Under the pieces are notes generated by a model, which was not told the origin of the DNA, did no database searches, and was given only the letters and a program-made list of their open reading frames with translations. This document shows, one piece after another, positions 1 to 12,178 of a stretch of 64,000 bases of DNA (positions within the stretch are counted from its first letter, which is position 1; the number at the start of each line of letters is the position of its first letter). Source of the DNA: Antedon mediterranea (lineage: Eukaryota; Animalia; Echinodermata); the NCBI RefSeq assembly GCF_964355755.1, contig NC_092678.1, positions 11,964,352 to 12,028,351 of the forward strand, given 5' to 3'. The position numbers and the translations under genes are program-made.

Positions 1-1
1 G

Positions 2-300
2 TGCATTGACGAATCAATGGTACTTTGGCGTGGCAGGCTACTATTTCGACAGTACATAAAGAATAAACGCCACAAGTATGGGGTGAAATTTTATGAACTA
101 TGTGAATCGCGAGGTATGATCATAAAAATCGCTATATACACTGGAGCTGGGTTTATTGAAGATAATGAAGGCCTAGGACTGACTGCAGCTATAGTTTTAG
201 AACTTATGAAAGATTACCTGGACAAAGGCCATGTTTTGTATACGGACAATTATTATAATTCTGTAGGGCTGACAAAACACCTAACCCAGCATTCTACGTG
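2..300 (+). pseudogene. piggyBac transposase fragment (DDE_Tnp_1_7, PGBD4-like)
   Basis: Translates CIDESMVLWRGRLLFRQYIKNKRHKYGVKFYELC...GHVLYTDNYYNS, with two catalytic Asp motifs (IDES, TDNYY). Runs off the window start and is truncated at ~300. Confidence 0.9.
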
Positions 301-504
301 CCTTTTTAGCAGAGATATACCTGACAAGTGAAAATTTGAGGTCCGCCATTTTGAAATCCAAAATGGCGGCTTTCCCCTGACCAAATTTTGTGCAACCCTT
401 CCATTTCATATTTTTGACACCCTAATGAATAACTGTGCAAAGTTTCAAAATGTTATCACAATTTGAAGGATTTGCCTAAAATATGCTCCTTAACATGCCT
501 ACTA
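301..504. mobile_element. Terminus of a non-autonomous DNA transposon (possibly Academ-like, ends CTACTA)
   Basis: Non-coding block between two coding remnants, containing the hairpin GCCATTTTG-AAATC-CAAAATGGC. The partner end is not seen. Confidence 0.3.
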
Positions 505-1900
505 ATAATAAATTGTGTCACGTTGACAACAGATTTGCTAAAAATACAGAGTACATTTTTTTTGCACAATGCCTTTATGAAATTCAACAAGTATTGTCAA
601 GTGTTTCTATTGCACTCAGAAAAAGTTCAGGTAAGAAAGATGATTTCTCTTCAGTAAAAGCATCAGATTTCAAAAGAGCATCTAAAGTTCAAGAAATTTT
701 AAAATGTGATAGGGGTTATAAATTTCTAAAACAAATCAGAGGAACATGTCCATACTGGCAATCTACACAAAAAGATGTACTAGCAATGGTTAGACAGCTT
801 GGTAAACCAACATGGTTCGCATCATTTTAATCAGCAGATATGAGATGGCCAGAAGTAATGAAAACATTGTTGCTTGAAACAGGTGACAAAAGAAATATCA
901 ATGAATTAGAATGGGCAGACAAATGCAATCTTTTGAAATCAAATCCTGTTACAGTTGCACGAATGTCATCGATTATTTTTACCGTGTTGAATATCAAGCC
1001 AGAGGCTCACCACATATTCATATGATTTTATGGGTTGAAAATGCACCTCAATTAGGAATTGCCGAAAATGAAGGAAATAAATCACTGGAAATGAAATGAA
1101 ATGTTTATGATACGTAAGTTGAGAGAAGCAGGTTTTAATAGTAATGAACTTATTTCTGTTTATATAGGTTATCTGAGACCGGTGCTTGAGTATGCAGCCC
1201 CTTTGTGGCATGCAGGTCTTAAGCAGGGACAGGTGAATAAGATTCAGAAGCGTGTCTGCAAGATTGTGTTGGGCAATGAGTATACAACATACTCGGATTC
1301 TCTTGCCATTTTAAATCTTCAACCACTCCACACAAGAACTTTTTTATTTTTTTTTTTGCTTGTATTATTTGAGGTAACTGCAGCCTAATTTATTCTTTTT
1401 TATATATGTATGTATTGTTGATAGTGATTATAGTTTAAATAGTTTTTATAATGTAATACATATGCAATTCAGCCATGTGCTGCCATGTATGTAATTTGTA
1501 TGTGAATTTTGAATAAAATATACCGATATATGAAAAGGTAACAGAGTTCATTGACCAATACGTTTCTTGTAGAATTCCATCATTAGATGAAGATAAGGAA
1601 CTTCATGAAATTGTTTCTGGTGTTCAAACACATTGTAAACGACATTCAAAGTCATGTAAGAAAAAAGGTACAACATGTAGATTTAATTTTCCCAAACCAC
1701 CATCTGAACGAACATTTGTTATACAACGTAAAATCCCTGATGATGATAACAATGATACTGATATAAATGATACCGATGGAAATTAAAATGCTGAGAATGA
1801 TGCTATAAAATCAGCCAAAGATTTATTAAACAGTGTAAAAAGTGCACTTATTGGAGAGACAAGCTATGATGACACGAAACAATTATTTGAATATTTGAAT
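503..1900 (+). pseudogene. Helitron Rep (HUH replication initiator) remnant, split by an insertion at 1073-1529
   Basis: DNRFAKNTEYIFFAQ, RGTCPYWQ..KDVLAMVRQLGKPTWF, HUH motif [14 protein letters not shown]. Resumes at ~1531 with [13 protein letters not shown]...[27 protein letters not shown]. Contains stops and frameshifts. Confidence 0.88.
1073..1529 (+). mobile_element. 5'-truncated LINE 3' fragment inserted in the Helitron Rep
   Basis: RKLREAG...VYIGYLRPVLEYAAPLWH...IQKRVCKIV is a LINE ORF2 C-terminal motif. AATAAA near 1512. Flanked by ATGAA at 1068-1072 and 1530-1534. Confidence 0.75.
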
Positions 1901-1909
1901 ATCACACAT

Positions 1910-2220
1910 ATAACAAAGATGTTTTTGCATGGAATAAACAAATGTTGCACAAACAATGCACAGATATAATATGTATTGAAGCAGAAGATACAGCAATGAA
2001 TTCAAGAAAGAAAAACACAATTCGTGACAAACCAATAAAGAAGTCTAATCAATGTTCACTTCCAAGTTACTTATGGGTTGCACCTAATGCCAGAGTAATG
2101 TTAATTAAAAATGTTGATGTAAGTAAGGGAATGACAAATGGATGTATGGGAAATGTTACAGAAATAACTCAACCTGATGAACATTCTAAACCAACATCAA
2201 TCAAAATTAAATTTGATAAC
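1910..2220 (+). pseudogene. Helitron PIF1-family helicase fragment
   Basis: LPSYLWVAPNARVMLIKNVDVSKGMTNGCMGNV...IKIKFDN is the PIF1 2B-domain motif. Cut by the LTR at 2221. Confidence 0.85.
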
Positions 2221-2402
2221 TGTAGTGTCGTACAGTTTATAAATGGGTTATTTAGTAAACACATCCTGGCAACGCCAAACTCGTGTAGAATACGCATGCG
2301 TGCAGGACACGCAGTAGTACCAAACAGGATATAATAAAAAGATAGAACTGCATTTATAGTGTCTACCGAATCGTCATTAAAGTCATCGTAAACAATATTA
2401 CA
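2221..2402 (+). repeat. 5' LTR of a Gypsy-type retrotransposon
   Basis: Begins TGTAGTG and ends TATTACA, has an internal AATAAA, and is immediately followed by a PBS and gag. Confidence 0.8.
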
Positions 2403-2403
2403 C

Positions 2404-2413
2404 TGGCGACGAG
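2404..2413 (+). promoter_or_regulatory. Primer-binding site, tRNA-Ser(GCU)-type
   Basis: TGGCGACGAG 1 nt after the LTR end, complementary to the ...CUCGUCGCCA 3' end of metazoan tRNA-Ser(GCU). Confidence 0.75.
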
Positions 2414-2428
2414 TAGGATCAAGTAAAA

Positions 2429-2908
2429 ATGGAATCCACACTGGCAAACTTCCCGAACTTCAAAATACGAAATTCCGGCGACGATGCGCAAGAATTCGAA
2501 AAATACGCAGGCCGACTCGAAAATTTTTTCACGGCTATAAACATCTGGGACGACAAGAGGAAGAGAGCGCTGTTGCTTCACTATGCAGGTGAGAAGGTAT
2601 ACGATATTTTTGGAGCTTTGCAAAATACAGGCAATACTTATGATGAGGCCAAACTAGCAATGAAAAACTACTTTGAGCCCAAGAAGAATATTCCATTCGC
2701 CATCTACACCTTCCGTCAGTTAAGCCAAAATGCCAGCGAGTCGATTGACGACTACGTCACACGCTTACGTCAGGCTGCTAGGACATGCTCGTTTGCAGAA
2801 GTTGATGTTGAAATAAAAATGCAAATAATATCTCACTGTTGCTCGCCAAAGCTTAGACGTGCGGCTCTACGAGATCCTACGCTAACGCTAGACAAGATCT
2901 TGGAGTAC
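2429..2908 (+). pseudogene. gag: Gypsy gag, 3'-truncated
   Basis: KRALLLHYAGEKVYDIF...YFEPKKN...FRQLSQNASESIDDYVTRLRQAARTCSF...LRRAALRDPTLTLDKILE, directly after the PBS. Confidence 0.85.
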
Positions 2909-4209
2909 GTATCCCATCTAGAAGTTCTGTGGAGATGATGGCCAGAGAACTTGGTGCGATAGCAGAGCTACAGGCAGCAGAAGTTATCCTTAGCAACAAA
3001 GACACCACTGTGGGATTCGATGCCACAACTCAAAAGAGGGCACACACATCAATGAAATTCATTTTACCACCACAAGTCAATGTGTATCAGCTGGTATAGA
3101 GGAACTTGCCGGTGGTACTGCAGAAGACTATGCATATCAAATTTGTCAAACTGCAGTTGATAATATGGCCGAGACTTACTGCTATTTTAGTGAAGGCTCA
3201 AGTTATCAGGAGACGAGGGCTGCTATTATTGATAACATAACAAATTCCATGAGTGTGCGGCTAATCATGCAGCAAGTGGGGTAAAACACTTAACGAACTA
3301 AATTGTCACCTCCACCCATTGGACTATATAGTTTCAGCGACAAGGAGTGCCCTCAAAGAATTAGAACAATCAAAAGGACATCTGTTTGGGAATGATTGTA
3401 CAGCTGTCAATATCATTGTTCAGATGAGCAAACATTCACCACTTTCTTGGACAGAAACAATGTTGCTAGAAACATCCTCCCAAGATATAGAGGCAATCGC
3501 CTACACATACTTTTTCATAATGCTGGTATTCTCATCCAGCTTCATAAACTATTCACAGAAATGTTGAGAACCGGTTCATCTCTAGGTGGACTACGAGCTT
3601 CACTATTGAAAGATTTTGAGAGCACTACAGCAATTGCTGAGCTTCAAGTGTTGGGCCTTGTTGGAAAACAACTGACGGGGCCGTGGATGAGGAAGTTTTA
3701 TACTTCAGCGGAAGATGAAATAAATCATGTTGATGGAATCAATGTCGTCAAACAAGTAATAACTTCTTTAAAGGACATGGTTAAAGATCCCTCTGCGATG
3801 TTGCAATCCCCAAAAGACTTTTTTGGAGATAATCTTGTAGTTGACACTTTAATACAATTGAGAGCGGTCACAACAAATTCGGAACTTTTTATTCCAATGA
3901 TGAAAACTTGTTTAGAAATTACAATACAAGTTTTAGAGCGACAATATTCAAAGTACTTTGAGCTTGATATTACAGAGAAGTTGAGGGAAGAAGTAGCATC
4001 AGCCCGTTCACATAATATTGACTCGGAGGAGATTATGGGGATGTTTAGCGCAGCCCAAAAGAAAGCACCTAATGCCACACTATGCTATCAGAGTTGCAAG
4101 ATGCGTTCGTCAAAGAATAAGACTGTCGAATATATTGATGCGCTTGATGAACAACGAAGAGAGGCCACATTAAAAACTGCTGTTAAGTTGGGGCGAAAAC
4201 AAAAGCAGA

Positions 4210-5324
4210 TGTTAGTGTCTCCTGTTACCTCCGACTGCTGATTCAGTATTGTCTGACGCATTTCACTTATCTGTTTATTCAGAAGAGATTCATCTGTTGT
4301 CTTGGAGGATATGCTGTCGCTCTCTGCAGACTCTTTCATTTCATCTTTCTCCTGCTTTAAATGTTCCTTCAAGGATGCAATTAAGGTATTCAAACTTTGA
4401 ATCGTTTCATCCCGCTCCTTTACTTTACATTCTTCAGCATGTAAGAGTAGACTAGACACCAATTCATCATCATCTTCCGTTTCCACTCGTGCTCGTTTGC
4501 GATTCTTCTTCACAGACTGTGTGTAGAATATCTGGGCTTGATGTAGTTTACGAACAATGAGGGCACCAACACAACGACGCAAACTATGTAAAATTCAGTA
4601 CCTTTATTCTCTGACTCTGAAAATAGTCTGGTGACTAGAAAATACAAATAATAATCACTTAATATCGTTTAACAAGTCTCAAATAAACCGAACAATTTGA
4701 ATAAATGGTCAACTATTTTCTCTTAATAGCACTTTAACACAGGAATACAACTCTCCTAGTTATAATAGGACACATGGTCAACTACTTTCTCTTAATAGCA
4801 CTTTAACACAGGAATACAACTCTCCTAGTTACAATAGGACAAATGGTAAACTATTTTCTCTTAAAAGCACTTTAACACAGGAATACAACTCTCCTAATTT
4901 CAATAGGACAAATGGTCAACTATTTTCTCTTAATAGCACATATATTCATTACACTTGTTTATATTGGAAAATAAAAACTGAAACTGAAAAAAAAAACTGA
5001 AACTGAAACTGTGCTTATAGATTCCTTGAGCTTTTGAATATCGGTTTTTAAATTTTCAATTTCTGAATCTCGTTCTTGAAGACATTAGTGATTTTCAAAG
5101 TTTCCTTCAACTCTTGCATCTCTTGTTGCATGCCTTTAATTGTACCAACACGCTCTTGCAGCTTTTCATTTGTTGTTTCCAACATTGCTTTACAGTCCTT
5201 AACTTGCTCGAAATCCTTTATGGCTTGGTTCTGACCATCCATTGTATTAAAATCCTCTGCAATCTTAGCCTTCAATTTCTCAATCTCCTGCGTCTTTGCA
5301 TGGAACTCTTCTGCTGCATCAATG
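4210..5324 (-). other. Inserted coiled-coil coding fragment, itself split by a repeat or LINE tail
   Basis: Minus-strand E/K/Q-rich heptad ORFs 5048-5324 and 4210-4582. Flanked by AAGCAGA at 4203-4209 and 5325-5331. Confidence 0.5.
4703..5010 (+). repeat. ~69-bp tandem repeat (x3.4) followed by a LINE-like tail AATAAA-(AAACTG)n
   Basis: AAATGGTCAACTATTTTCTCTTAATAGCACTTTAACACAGGAATACAACTCTCC recurs at 4703, 4772, 4841 and 4910. Tail at 4970-5010. Confidence 0.85.
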
Positions 5325-6267
5325 AAGCAGAAAGATCTTTGAGAAGAATTAGTGTTGAAAGACAAAAACAGAAGGAGCAGAAAAAGGATAAGGTTGATAG
5401 AAGGAAATTAGAGCGAGTACTTAAAAAATCAGGAGTGGAAGGTGCAAGGAAGGAATTTCCATCATTAAATTTTTCGTACATTCAAATTGAAACGCTTACT
5501 GCTATCTTGCAAGGCAGGGTGATCGGAAAGACAATTTGTCATGTGTGGGAAGAAGATGATGGTCAGGTTATGTACAATGGAATGATTAAAAAGTTCTATT
5601 CTAATAAAAAATATAAAGTCGCTTATTGGAATCAGGCAGAAGAACTTGACAATGCTACTGATTACAATGTTTCAATGTTTGAATTGGCCTCTGATCTGTT
5701 GCGAAATTATCTGGTTTTTGCCGATTAGTGGCAAATACTGTATAATAATCCTCTCACTGTGTAAATAATTGTAATAAAATCTGTAATTGTATATACAGTA
5801 GTGTAATTAATATAATAAATATGGGTATGAAGCGTCTCACATACACACAGAGCCAAGACATTTGTCTTGGACTTGCACCGTGTGTGGGCCCTAACCTTAC
5901 GGTTTTCATTATAATTATCATTTCATGCTGTCATTCTACTATCTTATTATCAAGTCCTTCCCTGGGTTTATAGCCTCTCTACCCATCATGCATACAACCA
6001 ATAATATCAATATGTACAGCATTTTTCCTGTACATGCCGTACAAATCTTTCTTTTTAACGACAGTGTTATCTTTGAAATTAGTATTTTAGTGTAAATAAA
6101 ACAGAAACTCTGATTATATTTATCTAGTTTAGATGTTATAGAATTGGTTGTTTTTTCTCAGTTCAGCCTTTTTCCTGAAATAAATAATAAAACTATATTA
6201 TATTTACAGTATATTGTCTACTGTCTTTATTTTTGCATTTAATTTAATGTAGTGGTTTTTTAACGTT

Positions 6268-6372
6268 TCCCGGGGGTGGGGGAGTCCCAGGGGTGGGGAG
6301 TCCCGGGGGTGGGGGAGTCCCGGGGGTGGGGAGTCCCGGGGGTGGGGAGTCCCAGGGGTGGGGGTAATGGGG
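6268..6372 (+). repeat. G-rich 16-17 bp minisatellite with G-quadruplex potential
   Basis: (CCCGGGGGTGGGG(G)AGT) x~5.5 embedded in AT-rich DNA. Confidence 0.9.
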
Positions 6373-6666
6373 AAAATTATTTAGTAAATTTGTATTGTTT
6401 TAATTAGATATTTTATTTATTAGGTGGTTCTTCTAGTGGAATTTCCTACCTATTATTTTCATGATTTATTTTTTTTTGTGGGGTAATTATGCATAGGCTT
6501 AATTATTCCTGTTATTGTTATTATTTTTAGAATGTCTCGATTTAGTGCATGCTATTTATTTAGCATAGATTTCTTGTAAATTTTTTAGGGTACAGGCTAG
6601 GCCGGTACCTATATTTATTTTATTAATATTTATTGATTTTTGGTTAGAATATTATTTTTTATACGC

Positions 6667-9660
6667 CCCAGTTCTAGTCCGGAAAAGGGATGGAAATGTC
6701 AGATTTTGCATAGACTATAGGGCTTTAAATAACATCACGGTAAAGGATGTATATCCATTACCAATTTTAGAGGATTGCCTCGACACATTGTCGGGTAATC
6801 AATGGTTCTCTAAATTGGACGCCATTTCTGGTTATTGGCAAATAAACCTCAATGCCGACGATCGCAAAAAGACTGCTTTCGTCACCAAATATGGCCTGTT
6901 CGAGGTAAAAATGCCCTTTGGCCTATGTAATAGTCCGGCAACCTTCTCTAGGGTCATCAATATGGTTTTGCATGGTCTAAATTGGCAGACTGCTCTGGCT
7001 TTCCTCGATGACGTGGTAATCCTGGGCAAATCATTTGAAGACCACAGCAATAATCTAATCTAATCCGACAATATAATCTGAAACTAAAACCAAAGAAATG
7101 TCTATTTTACCAGAGGAAAGTGGAATTTCTGGGCCGTATGGTCTCCCGCAACACTCTCGAGATGTCCGATGCCGATATCGCTGCAGTGTGTGGGTGGCCT
7201 GATCTTAAGAACTACAAGGAGGCTCAACGCTTCCTTGGCCTAGCAAATTACCATAGGGCATTCATTCCCCATTTTGCCGAATTAACAAGACCTCTTTATG
7301 CAGTTGCAAAAAAGGGGGAGTTCCGATGGGAAAAACCTCGAATAGATGCATTTCACTCAATTAAATCTAAATTGACACAACCACCAGTTCTGTCACTTCC
7401 GAATCCTGATGACATCAGATCAGGCAATCGGGGGTGAATTGTCCCAATTACAGGGGGGGGTCAGGAGCGTGTGATTTCTTATGCTAGTTTAGCCCTAACA
7501 TCAGAGCAGCAACGTTACTGTACCACCCGTAAAGAACTGTTGGCGATTGTGAAATTCACACGTCAATTTAGACACTACTTGCTGGGTAAACCATACCGTA
7601 CCGTACCGACCACAGTAGCCTGACTTGGCTTCTGAGGTTCAAGGAACCCCAAGGGCAACTGGCCCGTTGGATAGAAGAACTTAGCCAGTATGTAATGATA
7701 GTAGAACACCGCCCTGGTAACAAACATGTCAATGCCGATGCATTGTCACAGGCACCTGAAATGGCTAATCATTACAAAAATGGGGTGAAATTATCTGATT
7801 TACCTTGCAAGGGGTGTAAGTACTGTTTACGTGCGCACCAGCAATGGGGGGGGGGGGGGGCGCGTTCATTGACCAGGTCGATGACGTCATTCCGCTGACG
7901 GGTGTGCATGCACATCAAAATCAACCTATCTCGCAGCCCGTCCTGCCCGCGATTTTTTTTTTCGTACATAAGTTGGGGACCCCCTCATGAAACGTCACAA
8001 AATAAACATGAATAATTCATCAGTTAAATTTGTTGTTCCGTGTGCACCCAAGCGTATAGCAACAAGAAGTTATCTGATTACACAACAACCGCGATACGAT
8101 TCTTTCTACAATAGGCCTAGGATTCTAGGTCAATTCACGTGATTGCCTTCGCGCACCTCTTCTTCACACACACGTCCACTATGCAAAATGTGTCGAGGCT
8201 AATCGACAGCTAGGCAAGACATTAAACTAAGTAGTAATTGGACATAGCCCAAAGAAAGCTTAGACCCACAAGAATAAAGAATGTGTATAATTTGTGTACT
8301 GTAATTTTTTAATTCTGCTATTTTATTATCAAACAATATGCATGTACTCAAAGGAACTTTAAAAATGCGCGTATATGAACACATGAGATGGGAAGATTAG
8401 ACCCACGAGAATAAAAAATGTATTTTTGTGTAATGTTTATTGTTTAATTTTGCTGACTTATTACTCGGACTGTGTCATACCTAACTAACACACACGTCAC
8501 ACACACCAACACAGCTACTACTAGAATAGACATGGGTTTAGAGACTAGTAATTAGGCCTAATAGTATCATTAGAAACTATAATTTTAACACGTAATTCTT
8601 TAGTAATAAATTATATTAAAAACACCATAAACTAAAGGCTGATTATTTCGACAATCCACACAAAACGCCGCTATTCTATTATGAAATAATCGCACGCGGC
8701 AACCACAGCGGAGATAGGCCTAGAATCGTACCGCACTTGTGTAAACTGTAATCACTTCGCTATACGCTTGGGTGCACACGGAACAAGAAAATTTAACTGA
8801 TGAATTATTCATGTTTATTTTGTGACGTTTCATGAGGGGGTCCCCAACTTATGTACGAAAAAAAAAATCGCGTCCTGCCCTCCCAACATGTTCATCAACT
8901 AACCGCGGATAGGGCGGAGCGATCTCATTGGGGATTCTCTACCCAGGAAATCCAGGAGGCTAAGGGGAAAGACCAGGAGCTGGGGCCCGTGTTGCTCTGG
9001 TTTAAGGGTGATGCGCTGCCTTCGGCAAATGAGCTTTTTGCTACTAGCCCGGCAACAAAACATTATTGGTTGAGTAAGGATGTGCTTGCGAGACGGGGTT
9101 TTATTCATTCAAGATAAACAGGGGGAGGAGGGCCTTCTTGTTCTTCCGAAGTCATTAATTAAAACAACCATGCAAGCTTATCATGATCTCCCATCGGCCG
9201 CCCACCAAGGTATTAAACGGACTAAGCTCCGTCTTAAACAACGATACTACTGGTTTGGGATGGCCGGGGATATTGAAAGATATGTCATAGGCTGCCCCAT
9301 ATGTAACAGCCATAAGAGGGGCAACAAGAAAGGCGCCACTCAGAACAGATTAATTACCACTCGGGGGCCCCAATGGAAAGGGTTCACATAGACTTTGCAG
9401 GACCATTTCCTCAGTTCAGTAGTGGAAATCTGTATGTATTGATGGTAGTGGATCATTACAAAATGGGTAGAGGCCTACCCGGTACCCCGACAGACTGCAC
9501 AATTGACTGCCGAGGTACTGGTAAGGGAATTCTTCTCCAGATTTGGTATGCCGCTGCAATTGCACTCGGACCAGGGTCCGAATTCTGAGAGTGATCTCTT
9601 TGGGGAGCTCTGCAAGATTCTCGTCATTAATAAGACCCACACCACGTCGTACCACCCGCC
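6667..9660 (+). pseudogene. pol: Gypsy pol remnant (RT, RNase H, integrase), interrupted by a MITE
   Basis: VRKRDGNVRFCIDYRALN, FSKLDAISGYWQ, MPFGLCNSPATF, FLDD; RNase H YCTTRKELLAIV, TDHSSLTWL, HVNADALS; integrase HHCC (HDLPSAAH...CPIC), VHIDFAGP, LHSDQG, TTSYHP. Many frameshifts. Confidence 0.93.
7949..8871. mobile_element. Non-autonomous MULE-like element (923 bp, ~112-bp TIRs, 9-bp TSD)
   Basis: TIR GCGATTTTTTTTTTTCGTACATAAGTTGGGGACC... at 7949-8060 with its reverse complement at 8759-8871. TSD GTCCTGCCC at 7940-7948 and 8872-8880. Confidence 0.92.
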
Positions 9661-11252
9661 CGTGGCCGAACTCCTCTTGGCCCCCGGGGCAGAGGACAAC
9701 AACCGAGAAGAGCCACCAGCACGAAGAAGAACGCCAGCGACGTCTCCTCTACTTCTAGAAGGAGGGAGGTGCCAGCCAGCGGGGAGTGGTTCCACCTCAC
9801 CAGAGAGGCCAGCATCGCCGCTCCTGCTGCGGCCAAATACTGAACCGCGGGTCAGTGTTGGGCAGCAGGTGTGCCTGAAGAGGACTAGCCGAATATCCAC
9901 GAGGGGCTCGTTCGATGCCATTGTGAGGCTTCAGAATGGCACCGAGTTCGAAGCCAACATCGACATTGTGGGGTTGCCGCCCCGCCAGCCACTCGACTGC
10001 ACCGCTCGCCTCCTGGCTCAAGATCTGACCAGGGGCGTCGTGGCATGTCGTGTGACCCAAACTAGTGGACCAGATAGAATAACTTGCCGGCTGGAGGGCC
10101 CGGACCTCGGCACCCTGTCTGTCGGGGACATGGTCGGGAAGAGGATGGCCCGAGCAGAGGACCCGATTTTTGGGGCAACGGACGTAAGATATAAGAAGCC
10201 CACCGATCATCTGAAGGAAGCGGCACCTCGAGAATCGAGGCAACCAAGCAAACGCGCCTTCCGGTCAGATAACAGTTGGGGAAGTCATCCACGGGACGCA
10301 CACAGGGTGGTCATGCCTCTGGGGCTCAAGTGGGACGCCAAGCGGCGCCCACGGGAGCCACAGAAGCAACCCACACGACCGCCGAAAGGAGCCAGACCAG
10401 AGGTCGGGGTCATAGTCCATCACCACCAAAGCTGCAACGACTGCTGTTGCGGACGAGCTACCCCTGCCCCATCAAAGCATGTACCGTGAATCAGGGCACG
10501 TCAAAAGATCACCTGTTGGTACACGTCCCTAAATTTATAGGAAGCGCAAACGTCAGGGATGACGCTAGGACCCACCGCCGTCGCTGGGAGTTTGTCAGAG
10601 GAGTGGTCTCCCTGTTACCCAGGCAGGCCTCGATTTTGGAGGGAGCAGTGACGCTGTGCCGCCAGAAACTGCCATCGAATGGCTCCCACGACCTGTCCAA
10701 CAAGTGCATGACAATCCTGCGGTCGACCGCTCGGGCAGTGGGATGCGAGGAGCCAGCATCGTGGGTAGCTGCTATACCCACATTGTTTATTAATGCTCCT
10801 GGCCGAGGCTTGGGAGGCGAACCCGGAGGGGGGGGGGGGGGATGGTTGATCTCTTGGATCGATTCACTCCTCACCGTGGGGCGTCTCGCATAGCCAACCC
10901 GCCACCAAATATTAACAGGAGAGAGGATGCATCCAGATCGATGCCAGCCCAGCCCAGAGAAGGGACATCACCAGCAGTTTTTGATAAGGCAGCCGTCTCC
11001 ACCAAACCACCACCAGTGTCGGCAGAGGCTGGTCAGAGTAAACCACCACCAGTGTCGGCAGAGGCTGGTCGCAGTGAAGCCCTTGGGACGCACCTCGAAC
11101 CGACGTCCGAAGACAGACAAGGCAAACCAACGGCTGGCCGATTGTCTCCGACGCTCAACCCACAAAAGGATAAGGGAAGCGGCGGTCCGGATGCTGCAAG
11201 TATTCCTGGACGGGCTGATCTTGGAACAAGAATGGGGCAGCTAAGGAAATGA
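9660..11252 (+). pseudogene. Additional GC-rich ORF of the Gypsy element, downstream of pol
   Basis: Overlapping long + strand ORFs (9503-10489, 10276-10893, 10842-11252) between integrase and the 3' LTR. Includes YPCPIKAC..KDHLLVHVP. Confidence 0.55.
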
Positions 11253-12178
11253 CGACAAGCAGAGCGATCACGCCACTGGAGCCGTTGGTTTTGGTTTTTA
11301 AAAATAAAAAAAAAAATAAATAAATAAAGAAAAAAAAAGAGTAAAAGAACTCAAGAAAGAATTCTTTAACAGGACTCAATTCTTCAAAACGATTGTTATT
11401 TCACTACCAACACACCGTTCTAATCACTTAAATACAGTACACCTTCTTGGTGTACTTGCGTATAACATTTTTGTAACCCCAGGACATTTGTCTGTCCTTA
11501 GTTCACCGCACGCCCAAAAATTGGCGAAGAGCAAATCCTCTACCTATTTAGCTGGGACCGTGAGTCCCTTGTTTCAATTACGATTGTCAGTGCGGTTTCT
11601 TTTTGACGATTTCCCTCATAATTAGAATATTTTGTATACACACAAACAGTCAGCCCCATATACTGGAATTCCAGAACAAAATTTTACTGTTGTGTGCTAA
11701 ATTTTTGCCAATCCCCATAGGCTTGTGCCTTCTTTTCTCAAATCTGTTTTAATTCTGTAACCCTAGAACGGTGTTCCTAAGGTTTTTTCTCTTCCGGGGG
11801 ACCGGCGGTTGCCAGTGATCTCTGGTCACGCGGTGCCCGTCTGCAACCCGGTGGACACCCTATGCCACTTGGCTTGTAGGGATTTGATTTTCTTGTTTCC
11901 TTATTTCTTTCTTCATTTGTTCGTATGTATTGCCCATTGTTTGATTGTTATGGCAACATTTTTATTCGGGACTCTTTAGTCCCCTGTTGGCTTTCATATG
12001 TTCAAATTGTTGGGGTAATTCCCCCACCTTCACGTTCTGGTGTTCCGTTTTTTCAAATCCTGTTCTTGTTGGGGCTGTGCCCCCCATTGTGTCACATGTT
12101 AAAAAAAAAAAAAAAAAAAAAATTCATGAAAGAAAGAAGAGGAAGGAGTGGAGGACCCACCATGGAGAAATGAACTCA

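Larger units (their letters stand above)
2909..5728 (+). pseudogene. Atypical hAT-like DDE transposase with a Tudor-like C-terminus, interrupted at 4210-5324
   Basis: Across frames: VGFDATT (~3010), LNCHLHPLD (CxxH, ~3300), RGNRLHILF, LTGPW, SHNIDSEEIMGMFS..KAPNAT..NKT. The charged helix resumes at ~5325 and ends IGKTICHVWEE..MYNGMI..YKVAYW. Confidence 0.65.
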
